The translations under genes were made by a program, and so were the position numbers. This document shows, one piece after another, positions 12,710 to 25,789 of a stretch of DNA of 64,000 nucleotides. Origin of the DNA: Marsupella aquatica (taxonomy: Eukaryota; Plantae; Marchantiophyta); assembly GCA_973895155.1 (NCBI GenBank), contig OZ316895.1, positions 1,300,435 to 1,364,434 of the forward strand, in the 5' to 3' direction. How positions within the stretch are numbered: the first letter of the stretch is position 1; every line of letters starts with the position of its first letter. A model generated the notes under the pieces. It was given only the letters and a program-made list of their open reading frames with translations. It made no database searches and was not told where the DNA came from.

Positions 12710-13123
12710 GTGCAGGGAAGAGCCAACTTCTGTCTTGTTTGCCCCTATAGCTGTCCACAGATGCTAGCACAGCTAGTAGTAAGCACAGTCATTGTTGGGG
12801 TGTGACTCTGGTTGCAATCATCTGTAGGTGCATTGGAATCTTGATACTTAGAGCGCACAAATTCTAACGTGCATTGGAACTGATTCAATTTTGATCCCCT
12901 GAACAAACCCAATTCCAGCAAAGTCAATTTTGCAAGGGTGAGAGAAAGGTAGAGTGAATGGATAAAGAAACAGAGGATGCGTGGTTGAGACCTGACCTTG
13001 ATGGAGTGATCTCTGAGCATTGAGAGAACAAAAATGTAACGACTCTGATGTGTTGCTTGGAGCTCGGACTTCAAACTCGTCACGATCGAGGAAGGCAAGT
13101 TGCAATGATGGTCATGGGATTGC

Positions 13124-13404
13124 CTCGGGGGTCTCACTATATGGATGCCTCCCCATCACCTGTGACATTTTTAGGCCTCGGACCCTCTAAAATGTAAGAT
13201 AAAAAAATTATTTGTCAACCCCTTTAAAGTTGGAATATTCTTGGAATATTCCAAAAATTTGGTTGTAAGGATCCTAATGTTCTTGTAAGTCTCAAAATTT
13301 GATTTAAAAGACCCTATTGTTCTTCGTCCCTTTGAACCACTAAAAAATGACCCTAAACTTCATCGCACGTGATGTGCCATTTTTGTAAAAGTGAAACCCC
13401 CGAG
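13124..13404. mobile_element. MITE, diverged relative of family A
   Basis: Ends CTCGGGGGTCTCAC...GTGAAACCCCCGAG with 8-bp TSD GGGATTGC (13116-13123, 13405-13412). Shares subterminal TCGCACGTGATGTG with family A. Confidence 0.85.
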
Positions 13405-14191
13405 GGGATTGCATTTGTGTTGATTGGTTTGCCTGTGTGATTCCAGTCGTTAATTTGAACATAGAATCTTTACAACAATGCTAGACATAAGAACAATCAG
13501 CGCCAAGTGCATGTAGGGCCCGTGTCTGTAGAGGCCTCAGATTACTTAGCGTAGAGTTGATGCTAGCATTCAGAACCGAGATCTGATCAGATGGCGTCGG
13601 GGATTTGTGTGCTCACTTTACTTTGTAATAATGGGACCGCTCATCCTTTTCTGACCCTGGGTGCTGAAAGAACAAAGAGCTTGGAAGATCGCCTTGAGCT
13701 GCCCATTGAACCTTGCCCTTAATTTGACACTGTACACAATTGAGCTTGGCAGCTTTCAATCTCAGGAGCTTTGGATTGCCTTCAAATTTTTGAGATGCAA
13801 GGCAAGAATGGTATGATCAACGTAAGATAGTGTTAATTTGCAGGATTATTGGCCCGTACTCAGTCATGTAGATAGGCCACTTCAGCTTCTAGCATTGGCA
13901 TATGGTACATGGCCCTATAGGTGATTCGTCTTGACACCAAAAGACTTGATACGGGTCCTGACATCCCAATTCTCCTGAATGGATTCCAGCCGGGCCAGAT
14001 TGTCAATGGGCGGCTTAATTTGTCAACTTCAATCTGGTTTCATGAGGTATGCCCGTGCCCATGACATCGACAAAGTGAGGTAGCAGTTTAAAGCTGAACA
14101 ATGCAGATTCTGAACAATGCCACTTTATTACATTTTTCATTCAAATTTCATGATCCTTGGGCCAGGTTGGCCCAGCTGGCCCAGGGGTTCT

Positions 14192-14585
14192 CTAGTTTCA
14201 CTTGGGCGTAATGCCTCATAACCTTGTACACACATACACTTGGAAAATATTCAGAAAGGGTCGTGGACTCTATGGGTTTCCTAGTTTCACCTTGGGGTAA
14301 TGCCTCATAACCTTGTACACCACCTACACTGGAAAATATTCAGGAAGGTTTGTGGACTGTGTTTCACCGTCAATCGCTTTCGGGGTTCTTTGGCATCCTA
14401 GACAGGGGACCTCATCAGCCATTGGGAATGGCTTCTGGATTGTGGTTTCACTGTCAACAGCTTTTGGGGGTTGTTGGCATCCTAGTCAGGGGACCTCATC
14501 AGTGAGTTCTCAGGATGGATTTCACTTTTGGGGGGCCTTGGCATCCTAGACAGGGGACCTCATCAATGAGTTCTCAGGATGGATT
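14192..14585. repeat. Compound tandem repeats (a ~90-bp unit x2, then a ggcatcctag(a/t)caggggacctcatca unit x3)
   Basis: Direct repeats visible by eye. Confidence 0.75.
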
Positions 14586-15469
14586 TGGTATTGCTAGCGC
14601 CTTCCTGGGGTCTTCTGTTGCTAACTCCCATTTATTGGGTCTCTTATCTGGAGGGTCGTGTCTCCTGGTTGCCCAGCCTTTTATTTCTTGGTAGTGTGGT
14701 ATAAATAGGGTTTTCCCTTGTGAACTCCCATTTATTGGGTGTATAGTTATAGTACGTTCATTTGAAATGATGGGGCCAGAAAAGGGCCCCAAAAAGTATT
14801 GTCTTAAAGTGTGTTAAAGGTGTCTGGAAAGTAACTAAAAGTGTATTGTTCTGCCTATTGTGACCATTGGTTTGGTCATGGGCCTGGTTGAATGAGGCAG
14901 CGATACAAGATTGCCCAGGAAGAACCTGCTCCATCAGCGAGTTATCGATATTGGATTTGGTATAGCTAAAGATATCAATAATTTTCCGTTTTGATTAGGT
15001 GGCAAGTGAGGCATAGGTGTCTACCTGATTGTGGAGGTATAGATTTTATAAAAAGTAGCCTATTCCTGTGGACACCAATTAGTGGGGAAACAAAAAGGAT
15101 AGCATTTCATTTGTTGCCCCCATCCATTTCTGCCCCTACCTGGTTAGAGTCATGATCTAGAGACTTCACTTTGTACCCTAGCCTTTATTCTAGCTCCTTT
15201 CTGTGATTACACACTTAGATTTTGCAACTGGGTGCTTTTGTAGAAGAATTTAATGGATAAGTGGGTTTGTTCTGCAGCTGGAGGGAGCACTTGTTGGTGA
15301 GAAGAGATGGTCAGTCAGAATATGTGAAGTGGGTTAGGTTCTATATTCTTGAGGATGGCAGGAGAAGAGGTGTGCGTTGAGGTGAAGAATTGGTTGCCAT
15401 AATTATGTTGAGTGAGATGAGACGCAGACATGATTGTACAGGGGCTGTCATGAAGAATCTGAACAAAGT

Positions 15470-16370
15470 GGCAAGGATGAGATTGAGGTACTGTTTTGTC
15501 AATGACCCATATAGCATGCTCATTCTGGAACATGATTGACTTGTTTTGTCAATTACCCATATATATCATGCTCATTCTGGAGCATGATTTACTTTTTGTT
15601 TGGTAGTGATATCAACATGCTTTACATTTTGTTCGGTAGTGATATGTAAGTGGGCAAAATTAGAGAGTAAAACTAGATCACATATTAAATGTGAATGGGA
15701 TAAAATAATATAAGTAAAGCACATGCAAATAAAAGCACATAATGACCAATGGAAAGCACAATTAGATTTTATTACACAAAAATGCTACAAGTTGTGCACT
15801 TACTTCAATGTATCTTATTAATGACTATCATTTCAATAAAAACCATAAACTTAGGAAAGAAAACCATGAGAGGAACTTAAGACAGGATGTGTTCACATTA
15901 CTTAGAATCATTCCTCTCACTCATGAGAATACTTAAAAGAGGTAGAAAATGAAGCCCTTGGTTTCTCTAGGAGATAACAAAGTTTAAAAATTAAGGGGGT
16001 TGCCAAAATAAATTCAAAATACTATAGGATACCAAAAATTTAAAGGGGTCCAAAAATAAATTACAATTCTATATGATGCAAAGTTTAAAAATTAAGGGGG
16101 CTGACAAAATAAATTCAGAATACTATAAGATACCAAAAATTTAAAGGGGTCCAAAAATAAATTAAAAATCTATATGATACAAAGGATTCCCCTTGATAAC
16201 GTATATTCAAATAAAAATACATGATACAAAAAATTTAAAGGAGTCCAAAAATGAATTTAAAATCTATATGATACAAAGGATGCCCCTTGATAAGGTGTAT
16301 TCAAATAAAAATACATGATACAAAAATATTAATAAGACAAAATATGAAAGTTGGATTCACCATATAGCAG
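15470..16370. repeat. AT-rich interspersed repeat with internal tandem subrepeats; homologous to the outer arms of the 26.3-28.4 kb palindrome
   Basis: Shared blocks such as aataaaaacca...agaaa..catga..ggaac, aaaatacatga and tggattcaccatatagcag. Boundaries approximate. Confidence 0.7.
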
Positions 16371-17117
16371 TATCAAAATTTAGACCCATTATCCCAGCCA
16401 GAGTTTAAGTTTGGAGTTAATTACGTTATTAGCAGTGATAATCTTCTTTTGATGGGGAAAAGCATTATACATTAACATATTGCATTTGGCTCCCAGGATC
16501 CCAAATTGGCTTTCAGCTTCTTCAACTGTAAGCAATTGTTTTGTAAAAGATGACGTTTGCAGAAGATGTCACCCCAAAATAATTAAATAATTTTTGGTGT
16601 CCAGTGCAGTAAAGTGATGCTAAAACAATGGTGGGCTCGTAAAATGTGCACGCAATTTTGGGAAATGGACAGGAAATTAAATTGTAGATGCAACAGCTTG
16701 AAATTTTCATGTGAGGCAAAATGTTTTGGAATGATTGCAAACACAATTTTTTGGCTAAGTGTCATCAAAAGAAAACTGGGAAAAGTAGACTGAGAAGACT
16801 ATTTGGCCAGGAAAAACTCAGCTGTCGGATTGTGACACCAGGGAAGCAAGTTAAAATAACTTTGGCTGTCTTTGATCTCAACCCAAGTTACCAGTCTTCT
16901 CCCATAAAGTTTGTACTAGAGTTAGCACAACTTCTTCAATCTAGTATATCCTCCATTGTGGATAACATTATTTTCACCATCAGGGCCAGTAAGTTTGTTG
17001 ACTATGGTTTTGGATCTCCTTTTCCTTTTGTGGTCCAAGAGAGGTGGGAGCCCCAATGTGACAGGGAGTCCCTAGCTAATGCCCAGGGTGTTGTGTCTCA
17101 TCAGCACGCCAAACGTG

Positions 17118-17245
17118 TATGGCTAAGGATGGGAGCTGTTGCTTAGTGGGATATGAAGGCAACTGTGTATGATCGACCTGCCTATGGCTAAGGATGGGAG
17201 CTGTTGCTTAATGGGATATGAAGGCAACTGTGTATGATCGACCTG
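17118..17245. repeat. 65-bp tandem duplication
   Basis: tatggctaaggatgggagctgttgctta(g/a)tgggatatgaaggcaactgtgtatgatcgacctg x2. Confidence 0.9.
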
Positions 17246-18553
17246 GTATGCTGGGAGACCATATGTGAGAGGCTTTTTATCACTTTTAAGTGACAGGCTC
17301 CTGTACTTAGCAAAACATCAAGTGTTGAGTGATACCCATTTACTAATGTGGTCAATTTAAACTTAATCCAATATGGCTGGTTCTAGAGTAGTGTTATATG
17401 CGGACTGTGCTGAAGTCTATGAGGACCCAAGCATCCCACAGCTCAGACAGCCGAGAGCATACAGGGCTGCCTAACATGCTACGAATTCCAAAAAGAAATA
17501 ATCTGGCTAAAAAAGTCACACATGGCAACCTTTGAATGGCAGAAAAGGATTAAAAACAACCGCTCGACCTTAACCACAACTGCCCTTCAAAAGTAGCCTT
17601 TACTTGAAATCCTGGAGCAAACTACAGTAGCATCCTTGAATCCTAGAGGAGAAAAGCGAGTGTAATATGGAAAAAGGGGGAGATCTTATATGGTTAGTGG
17701 TGGAAATGTGTGTGGTTTTCTCCCTCGATATGATCGTGGAGACCAGCTCGGATTGTTGTAACAGGCTAGCAAGCACAAGCACTTTTAAGGAAGGGTATGG
17801 CGCATGATGTGGTAGGCCAGCTTGGATTGTCGCAATAGCATCTAGCCAGCTACTATGGGGAGGATCTATGGGTAAGAGAGTCAATATATTATTATAATGG
17901 AACTAGCTAGAGGGAGATTCAATAGGTTCTGCAGGTGAGAAGGTCAACACTACTGTAGAACCGAACTGAGATGGGAGGGAGTTGGTTTGTAAGATCTCCT
18001 TTTCTCATCACAGCTATGATGCGGATGCTGTGGGTGGCTTGTGATTTCGACAAAGTTCTCAGTCTCAATTGAATGTGGCAAATCCGCATCGCTATCAATC
18101 GACGGGAGGTAAGTTTCCATCATTCTTTGAGCGATGTGTGGGTGTACATGAGGCGGTACATCGAGTGTAGCATTGGTTCATGAAGATGGTCGCTACTGAA
18201 GCTTCTCTGCTTGGCTCTCCCATAGCAATTAGCCACAATGCAATGCAATGAAATGCTTTCCGTTGTAAGAAGCTTTGGGCTAAGCAGCCCAGATTGTAGC
18301 GCTGACATTTCCACACTCGGAGACATCTGCTGGAACTGGGAGTGATCGATTAACTTACCCGTCTCTTGCTGTGGGCGCTACCGTGCAGAAGGTTGCTTCC
18401 GCGCTTAGTTCATAGGGGAGCTGCGGTTTTCCCTCTGCCATTTAAGTCCCGCTGAGATGCCATATCAGCTCCGGGGAGAGTGAATTCTTGTCCCTGATAG
18501 TTTACAGACAGTGAGTAAGGCGGTTGAGAAGCAGGTGCAGGAGTGGGAAAAGA

Positions 18554-21500
18554 ATGGGGAATTCAGGAGGAAAGTTGCCTCACTATGAGGTGGTAGATCA
18601 CCACCCTCAGCAGGCTTCAACTTCAGAGACGCCACGCCCATCTGCTGGAAGTTTCTCACCCCAGTCACAGGGTCTCCTGCGGCCTTCCTCTCCCAATCGC
18701 CAACAATGGGCTCCAGTCCAGCAGGCCGCTCCTCCACCACTTCCAAATGGGTGGGATTTCCACATCGATTCCGCCACAGGGTATCCTTATTTCTATAACA
18801 CCCGAACCGGAGTATCGCAGTGGCAGGATCCCCGGGGCGCTGGCTTTGCTCTGCCTGACCGATCTGATGCTATCAACCTTGGACAGCGTCGCCAGGTAAG
18901 ACGTGCACTATGTGAACATCTGCATCTGCTTTCTGGGCTTTTTCTTTTGTGCAAATTTCCTAATGCAGAGAATAGAGAGTATTGGTCGCCGTCTTCACTC
19001 GAAAGATAGGGACGGTGTAGACCATTGAAATAATAAATTAATGATTGCAATTTGGTAAAATTCCGGTGGAATTTGCTTCCGAGTGGCGCATTTGGGATTG
19101 CAAATGTACAAGAGCGAATGACCGAGCTGTAAAAAGGGAATTGATGCTAGTTTTTCCCGTTTACTCTCAGCTGGTAAGCAAGCCTCGACTTTCTTCAGCA
19201 TCTAATGCTCAAGGGCTAAGTAGCCCAAGTCTTGTCTAAATTTCGTTATGTTTTGATCTTAAGTCCTTTGGTTTGGCAGGTGATACCTCCATGGGAAGGG
19301 GGACCGACTGCTGCTGACCCTCTCTCATGGCCACTCCCTCCAGGATGGCAAGAGCAGCTGGACCAGGCAACAAACCAACGATACTACGTGAATTACGACG
19401 CCCGTATAATTTCCTACAATGATCCTCGCCAAGAGATTGCCAGGGCTTATGCGCAGGGACCTGTAGTCGAAGGAGTTCCAATGCATTACCCACCCCCTGT
19501 CATCGGGCGACCGGTGGATGAGACGCCCCAGCCATTTGAGTATGGGCAAGTTGGTCTACCTTCCACGGGTAGGCCAACTGGCCAGGGAGGCACAAGCTCC
19601 CTTCCACCTCCTCCTCCTTTGAAGAAGAAAAAACATTCCCTCTGGTCAAAACTTGGTTATCGACATTCAAAGGGAGGGCGGGGATTTACCGGGTTTGGAG
19701 CTGGTTTACACCCAGGTGCATTTCTCTTTGGCAATCCTGAAGTCCCTGGGATCCATGCTGGTGCAAGCTCTTCTTCTGCTAGTTCTTCTGACAATGACGA
19801 TGATAAAAGTGACGAGGGCGATGACCTCGAAGGGGGTGGTGACGCTGAAGAGTTCTTTCTGGTTTCAAAGCAGCAGGGGTCTGCTGAAATGGGAGATGAC
19901 AACGATAAAGTTGGAGATGGGGACGACGTAGATACTGAAAGTGTTGGTAGTGGCAGTCTTGGATCTCAAGAGGACCTACATGCTTTGAACCAGTATGGCG
20001 AACAGCAGCAGAAAGGACGTGGTGAGAATGACAGTATAGGACTTGGGAGTTTGGTGGGTGGTGGTGGTACATCTGGAGCCTACCAGCAATCTGGAGCTCA
20101 ACAATCTTTGTCAGGTTTTTGGCAAGGACAAGCCCGAGATGCTTACGTCCAGGGATGGGATGAAGGTCACAAAGGACCATTTACAGCCACTAGATTTACT
20201 GTGCTGGACACATACACTAAGATTGTGCTCGTCATTACATTTCTGGTTGGGTCTTATTTTGGTGTTTTCGAAGGTCTAGTGTCCCTCCTCATTGCGTTTG
20301 CTGGTAGATTAATAGTTTTAATGGTGAAGAGAGGAAGAATGATGAGAAGGCAGCAGAAAAGGTCAGGCCGCAAGTTTCGGTTCAGTGTTCGAGGTGTCTT
20401 CACGAAAAGGGGTTCAACGTTTGTTCAGCTAAAGCTGGCCGCATTTTCACAGTGTACACAGTTACAGGTGTGCAAAACAGATACATTTGTCAGCCAGATT
20501 TCGCCGAGTCTTTTCTATGGGGAAAGACGTTTTTCCCGTTCTGCAAGGAGTTTGCGTTGTATCGTTACTTCATAAAATTAATATTGCTATTATGGGAACC
20601 ATCCCCTGAAAATTTGGTCAATGTTGAATCAGGCCTGGTTCTATGAGCAATTGTACGAACATCCCCTCGTCAGAATGCGGATACTTACGGAGAATGATGG
20701 AGCTAGTCCTCTATACAGCAGATTACCCTCTCGACCAAGGGATATTACAATTGTGACTCAGGTGCAGTAGACTGGACTTTGTCGTCTGTTGGATTTCGGG
20801 GCTTTCCATATGGACTTGAAATGAATAGCAGCAGAGCGAAATGATTGACGTTGTAATTTTTTTATTTCGATCTTGTTATCACAGAAGTCCTGATTAGGTC
20901 TTGAATGTTGTAATGAACCGTTGGTAAATATCCATTGTGCCGGCTTCTCTTGAGTCACATCAAAGTACGTTATGCTAACCCTTCCCTATTGTAATTCAGG
21001 CTTCGGCTGATCGGCTGGCAGCTATCGAGGCAATGGCGAAGTCTTGGGGAGGAATTCTATGTGTGGCAGTATATGTTAGGACACAGGCAGAACTAGAACA
21101 GGTTTACCCAAGATTATGCAGTCTTCACGAACTTGTCGAAGCGAAAGGCCAGTGCCGGTTAAATATATGTGTGGCGAAGGAGGAAGGTTCACTATCTGAC
21201 GAGCAAGCAATGGCTGTGCTTTATCCGGTAAGTATTTCCTTTCTCTTGCTCAGCTTCCATCCTTCTCATGTTTGAGCCGCAACGTTGACAATGCAGACTT
21301 GCAGGGTCATTGCAAATCGCTCGTTTTTCAAGCGTACTGTGAAGCAAAAATGATTTTTGAACTTTCAAGTATATAGGAATGTCTTCGCGCGCTATTTAAG
21401 GAATCCTTGCCAATATTGTCAACTGGTTTTGCAGATAAACGCAATGCGAAATGTTGCCCTTAGTATGGCAACCACTGAGCTCGTATTCATTCTTGATGCT

Positions 21501-23294
21501 GACTTTGTACCTAGTGCTGGGTATGCTTATCCATATCTCTTGTGGGTTGCTTTTATTTTGGCATTTTTCCTTTAGCTTGGTCTGGGCCTTCTACGAGGGC
21601 ACCTATGGTGGTGAGGGTACTTATGGACTTGAATGAGTTGATTGTAGTATAGGCCGCTACACAGTTTTTGAATCCCTTGATTGCCTGTACTCCAGAATGC
21701 ATGAATCGCTGACAGGTGACGCGATCTCATATTCTGAGATTCTGAGGATGGCAACGAAGGAACGGCAGATGTTGGTTGTACCTGCATTTGAAGGGATTGC
21801 CCAAAAGCTTGAAAGCTTGGACGTTGCACAGATAAGCTATCCAGACCAAATGGGCGAGTTACGTACACAATGGAAGGAAGGATCAGCTAAGGCGTTCCAC
21901 TGCTCTCACTTTCCCAGAGGACACATGCCAACAAACTACGAGAGCTTCTTCAACCTTTCAGCTCTGAAGCCGTTCTCTGTTCAGTATAGGTGACTTGCTT
22001 AAATCTCTTCACCTTGTGTGCATTTTGATGCGGCTAGTTAGACATTGTCTTGATTCTTTCGTTTCACCGTACGTGTTGTTGGGTTATTGAGTTTGTTTTG
22101 TATCCACTTTGCAGGGAATTCTACGAACCATACACTATATGTGCACGGGAAGTCATTCCTCCATTTGATGCGCGTTTTAGGTATTAAGAGTACATCCGTG
22201 CTATGCGTTAACATTTAATGTCGTTGAGTTTTAGGTATTAAGGGTACATCCATGCTATGCGCTAACATCTTATGTCGTTAAGCTGTAGCATTGCAATAGA
22301 TTTGGACAGGCTCGTGGCTTTTGTCCCAAAGCGATGTTGTTGTTGCGAAGGAGAGGAAGTTGGTTGGACCTTCTTTAGAAACCACCAATATTGGGAAGGA
22401 GTTTGAGCTTAAAATGTCCCTTCCTCGTATTGGATTCTGACCTGCAATTGTCTCATATGCTTGGTATCCTTGAGGTGATTCAAATGCCAGGAATTGAATT
22501 TGTCCAGTCCTTTGGGAAGCTATTTTGAACTAGAGTAGTTGTTTACCTCTTTGACAGCTTCTGTCCCAATGCTACAAAACGATGTTCTGTAGTATTTTGA
22601 GATGTCTGCTTGCTGATTCAGGAATGGTGGATAAAGTTGTACTCTTTTACTTGGTGGGAAGTGCTTAGGGTTTAGGTTTAGTGGTTTACTAAAGTGTCAT
22701 GTGGCTTGAATTGTTCTACAGAGGTTATGGACTGAACAAAATATCCCATGCATATCACTGTGCTGCAATGGGGATGAAATTTTCTGTTCTTCCTCAAGTT
22801 TTTGTGTGGTCGCTTCCTCATTGCAAGTCTCAAGCCTGGATGTATACATTTGGGAGAAGCAAGGTCTGTCACTTGGGGCCAGCATCATTCACTCTGTTTC
22901 GAAGTGCACTAGTCCTAAAGAACGAACATATAAGAAGATTTTGCCAAGGACGAACTCCTAGAATCTTGTGTGTAGTACTTTGTGGTTCTCATTGTTTTAA
23001 GGGACAAGCTTAGAAGGACTGGATTAGTGCTTTAGTGTCAAGTAGAGTTGGAATTTCAAACTTTTTCGTATTTAGCCTTTCGCAAATCTTGAATATTTCA
23101 GCCTTGGATAAATGCAGGAATTGATTGTGGGAAATTGCTTTGTTTTGTAGGACCCTCTGCAAAAGCTGAGAATTCTTGGTCTTTATCGGAGATTCAAGTC
23201 TGAACTGCAGATGCTACATGGGCCAGTGCAGAAGAAAATGGAAGAACCCCTGCTGAAAATCAAAGTGGAAGAACCACTCCTCCAGTCACTGTAA
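18554..23294 (+). CDS. WW-WW / Pro-rich / acidic Gly-rich linker / hydrophobic membrane segment / GT49 (LARGE C-terminal or B4GAT1-like) glycosyltransferase. 9 exons: 18554-18895, 19280-20467, 20633-20761, 21000-21227, 21435-21520, 21696-21989, 22115-22180, 22722-22863, 23151-23294 (~872 aa)
   Basis: WW1 LPNGWDFHIDSATGYPYFYNTRTGVSQWQDP; WW2 LPPGWQEQLDQATNQRYYVNYDARIISYNDP. GT49 motifs in order: DITIVTQASADRL, YPINAMRNVA, LDADFVP (DxD), LVVPAFE, GHMPTNY, YEPY, FDARFRGYGLNK, LPH. All introns GT-AG and in frame. The exon 2 donor (20467) is the least certain. Confidence 0.85.
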
Positions 23295-23837
23295 CATGTA
23301 TGTAGTAGCTTAATGGGAGATGCTTGTAGTCGGTTTGAGGGAAAGTTGTTCTAATTTTAATTTCGTTTGGAAATCGATCATGGGGCCATATAATTTTTGC
23401 TCGTGCTTGGATTGCAACTATTTCTGAAGTCTGTTGTAACAAGCTCTGAGTTGCCCTTTTCGAAGTTGTACAATCTAGCTGTAGTGACTCGTTCTGTCAT
23501 CTGTCTAGAATTTCCCGACTGGACGAAGTGGACAGTAATATTGAAGGAGGAGAACTGGTTTGCTGTGGTAGGAAGGATACTTCGGAGTGTTTGATTGCAT
23601 GATCCTTTCATTACCCAACGTTGTTTCTGATGTTCGGACAACAAGCAAGGGTGCTAATTTTTTTTTCATGGAATTAGCTTGCAGAGTAGTAATGAAGTTT
23701 ATAAGAAATTTGATTAAAACTTCTTAGCTTCAAAGAGTCTATTGCATGACTTTCAACAACACCACGACTTGCTCCAGATGGGCCATAGAGCAGTCCCGAT
23801 TTGCGCTGCAGCAGGAGACAACGATTCGTTTTGAATA

Positions 23838-23958
23838 GGATAAATTTTGAATACCTACCCTAGTTCAGATCACTTGGCATAGGCTGGTAAAGAAGTGGAT
23901 AAATTTTGAATACCTACCCTAGTTCAGATCACCAGGCATAGGCTGGTAAAGAAGTGGA
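23838..23958. repeat. 60-bp tandem duplication
   Basis: ggataaattttgaatacctaccctagttcagatcac(tt/ca)ggcataggctggtaaagaagt x2. Confidence 0.9.
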
Positions 23959-25789
23959 GAATATGACGACTGCCCATGTCTCTTCCCTCGCCCCACTTCC
24001 CCCCCTTCCCCCCTATCAACGGAACGAAAGCATGGAGTCAAAAATTAAAAACACAACCAACAACTTGCGGACCATGAGTTTCAATTTATATTCAATTTAT
24101 ATTATCTCCTATTCGAAGAAATGCTGATCCTTGATGAATTTCTATTCCCTCCCGTGCTTTCCACTAGCACTATTGATTTTCGAATTCTCCAAGTGAGTTG
24201 TTCCCTCCATGATCTTGATTAGCCTCACAAAAGTACCTAGCCTGGTTTCAATTGAATTCTGAAGTCTTGTGCACGCATTAGATTTGGGCAATGCAATGGA
24301 ATGGTTATATTCTGAGGAGGCTTTTCTGAGTGAATCAAATTAAGTACACAAATCTCAAGTCAATTCAAGTTAAGGAGTCCCTGTTTGGCAGAAGTGTCTC
24401 ATGCTCACGAACTTTCCTGGTGAGCTCTGTCAAGGCCATGTGACAAGGAGGGTCTTGCTTGTAATCTTTGATGCAAAATGTACAGAATAACCATGGATTA
24501 GACTCAACTTTGGATAGCCACATGTCCATGTCTCCACTCTAAACCCTAAACCCTCACCCATGGCTTCTCCACGGTTGTAACTTTCTGGGCCTGGAGAAAA
24601 AGTGGCCCTCCTTTCTTACCTTCGATGTACAGTAGCATACTCATGTTGGATGAACCAACTCATCCATGGCTTTTCCAGGCTTGTAACTTTATTTTGTTTA
24701 CAAACATCTACAAACAAGAGACTGATTACACTGAAGGCAGACAATGTGCTCAAACCCATTGAGATTGATGGGGTGAAGTGTTCAAATTCATTCACCTAGA
24801 GTACCATTGGTAAAGAACATATGTAGCTGCCACGTGCTACCCAGACAAGATGCTGTTTCTAATTTGCAGCCCCCGAGTACCAGCTCAGGATTAAGAGTGC
24901 ACCATTGCAGTGCATGGAGGGATTGGGGCTGGGTGCAAGCACCAATATAGTTTGTAAGGTTTTTTCTCTTTAGTTAGGGTGGCAAATGTCACCTTGTGTG
25001 AATTTTTGTCTGTTAGAACCCGTGTTGGTGCCCTGGGCCCTCACGAAAATGTAATGAGATATACCTGTGACCAAAGCCCACCCCAGGTACCCCTTGTTAT
25101 ATTTTGGAGTAACATTAAAATCTATCTTATTAGTTCTATAAAGAAATGTCAGCCTGACCCTATGTAAAGTCCCCCTAGGTTATTATAATCTTTCATATTG
25201 TAGGATCAAAAATACCCTTCATCTGTTATAGGGATTTATTTATACCAGCCACATAAAGGAAGAGTGGATATCTCTAACTGGCAAAGTATGGCATTGGACT
25301 TATATACAAGGTCCCCTTAAAAATTCAAAATATAGAAGTACATTAAAAACAATTCTGAGATTGTAGACTGGGTATAGGTATAGAGTATTTATAGGGTAAG
25401 GATAACCCTCTATTTTGGCTCTTGGCTGGAGATAACTCTCAGATTCTGGTCAATGGGGTCTATGGTTAGGAAGTGTTTTCGGGTTTTCCATGCTCCTTAT
25501 GTCCTTTGGGGGGCCAGTGTTTGCCTCCGTGTGTAGTATAGGGCTTTGTACCCATTTCCCCTAAAAGTAAAAGTAATAAAAATTAGACAATTCTTTATCT
25601 CCGTCCCACTATCAATTATGAGTAAGGTAAAGAACCATAGTGTTTTTACATCTACAAAGCCTTTTGCCAAAGGACTAGGACCTACTCATTTGATTTTTAT
25701 TTTTATAGAAGGCTACTAGTACTGACAACTTATTAGAAGCCGAGCTGCACTGAAAGCGCAACTAGCTATGATAAAACCCTGGATTCACC

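Noticed and set aside
17560-17890. LINE/RT remnant
   Set aside because: The composition is suggestive, but I could not identify any RT or endonuclease motif.
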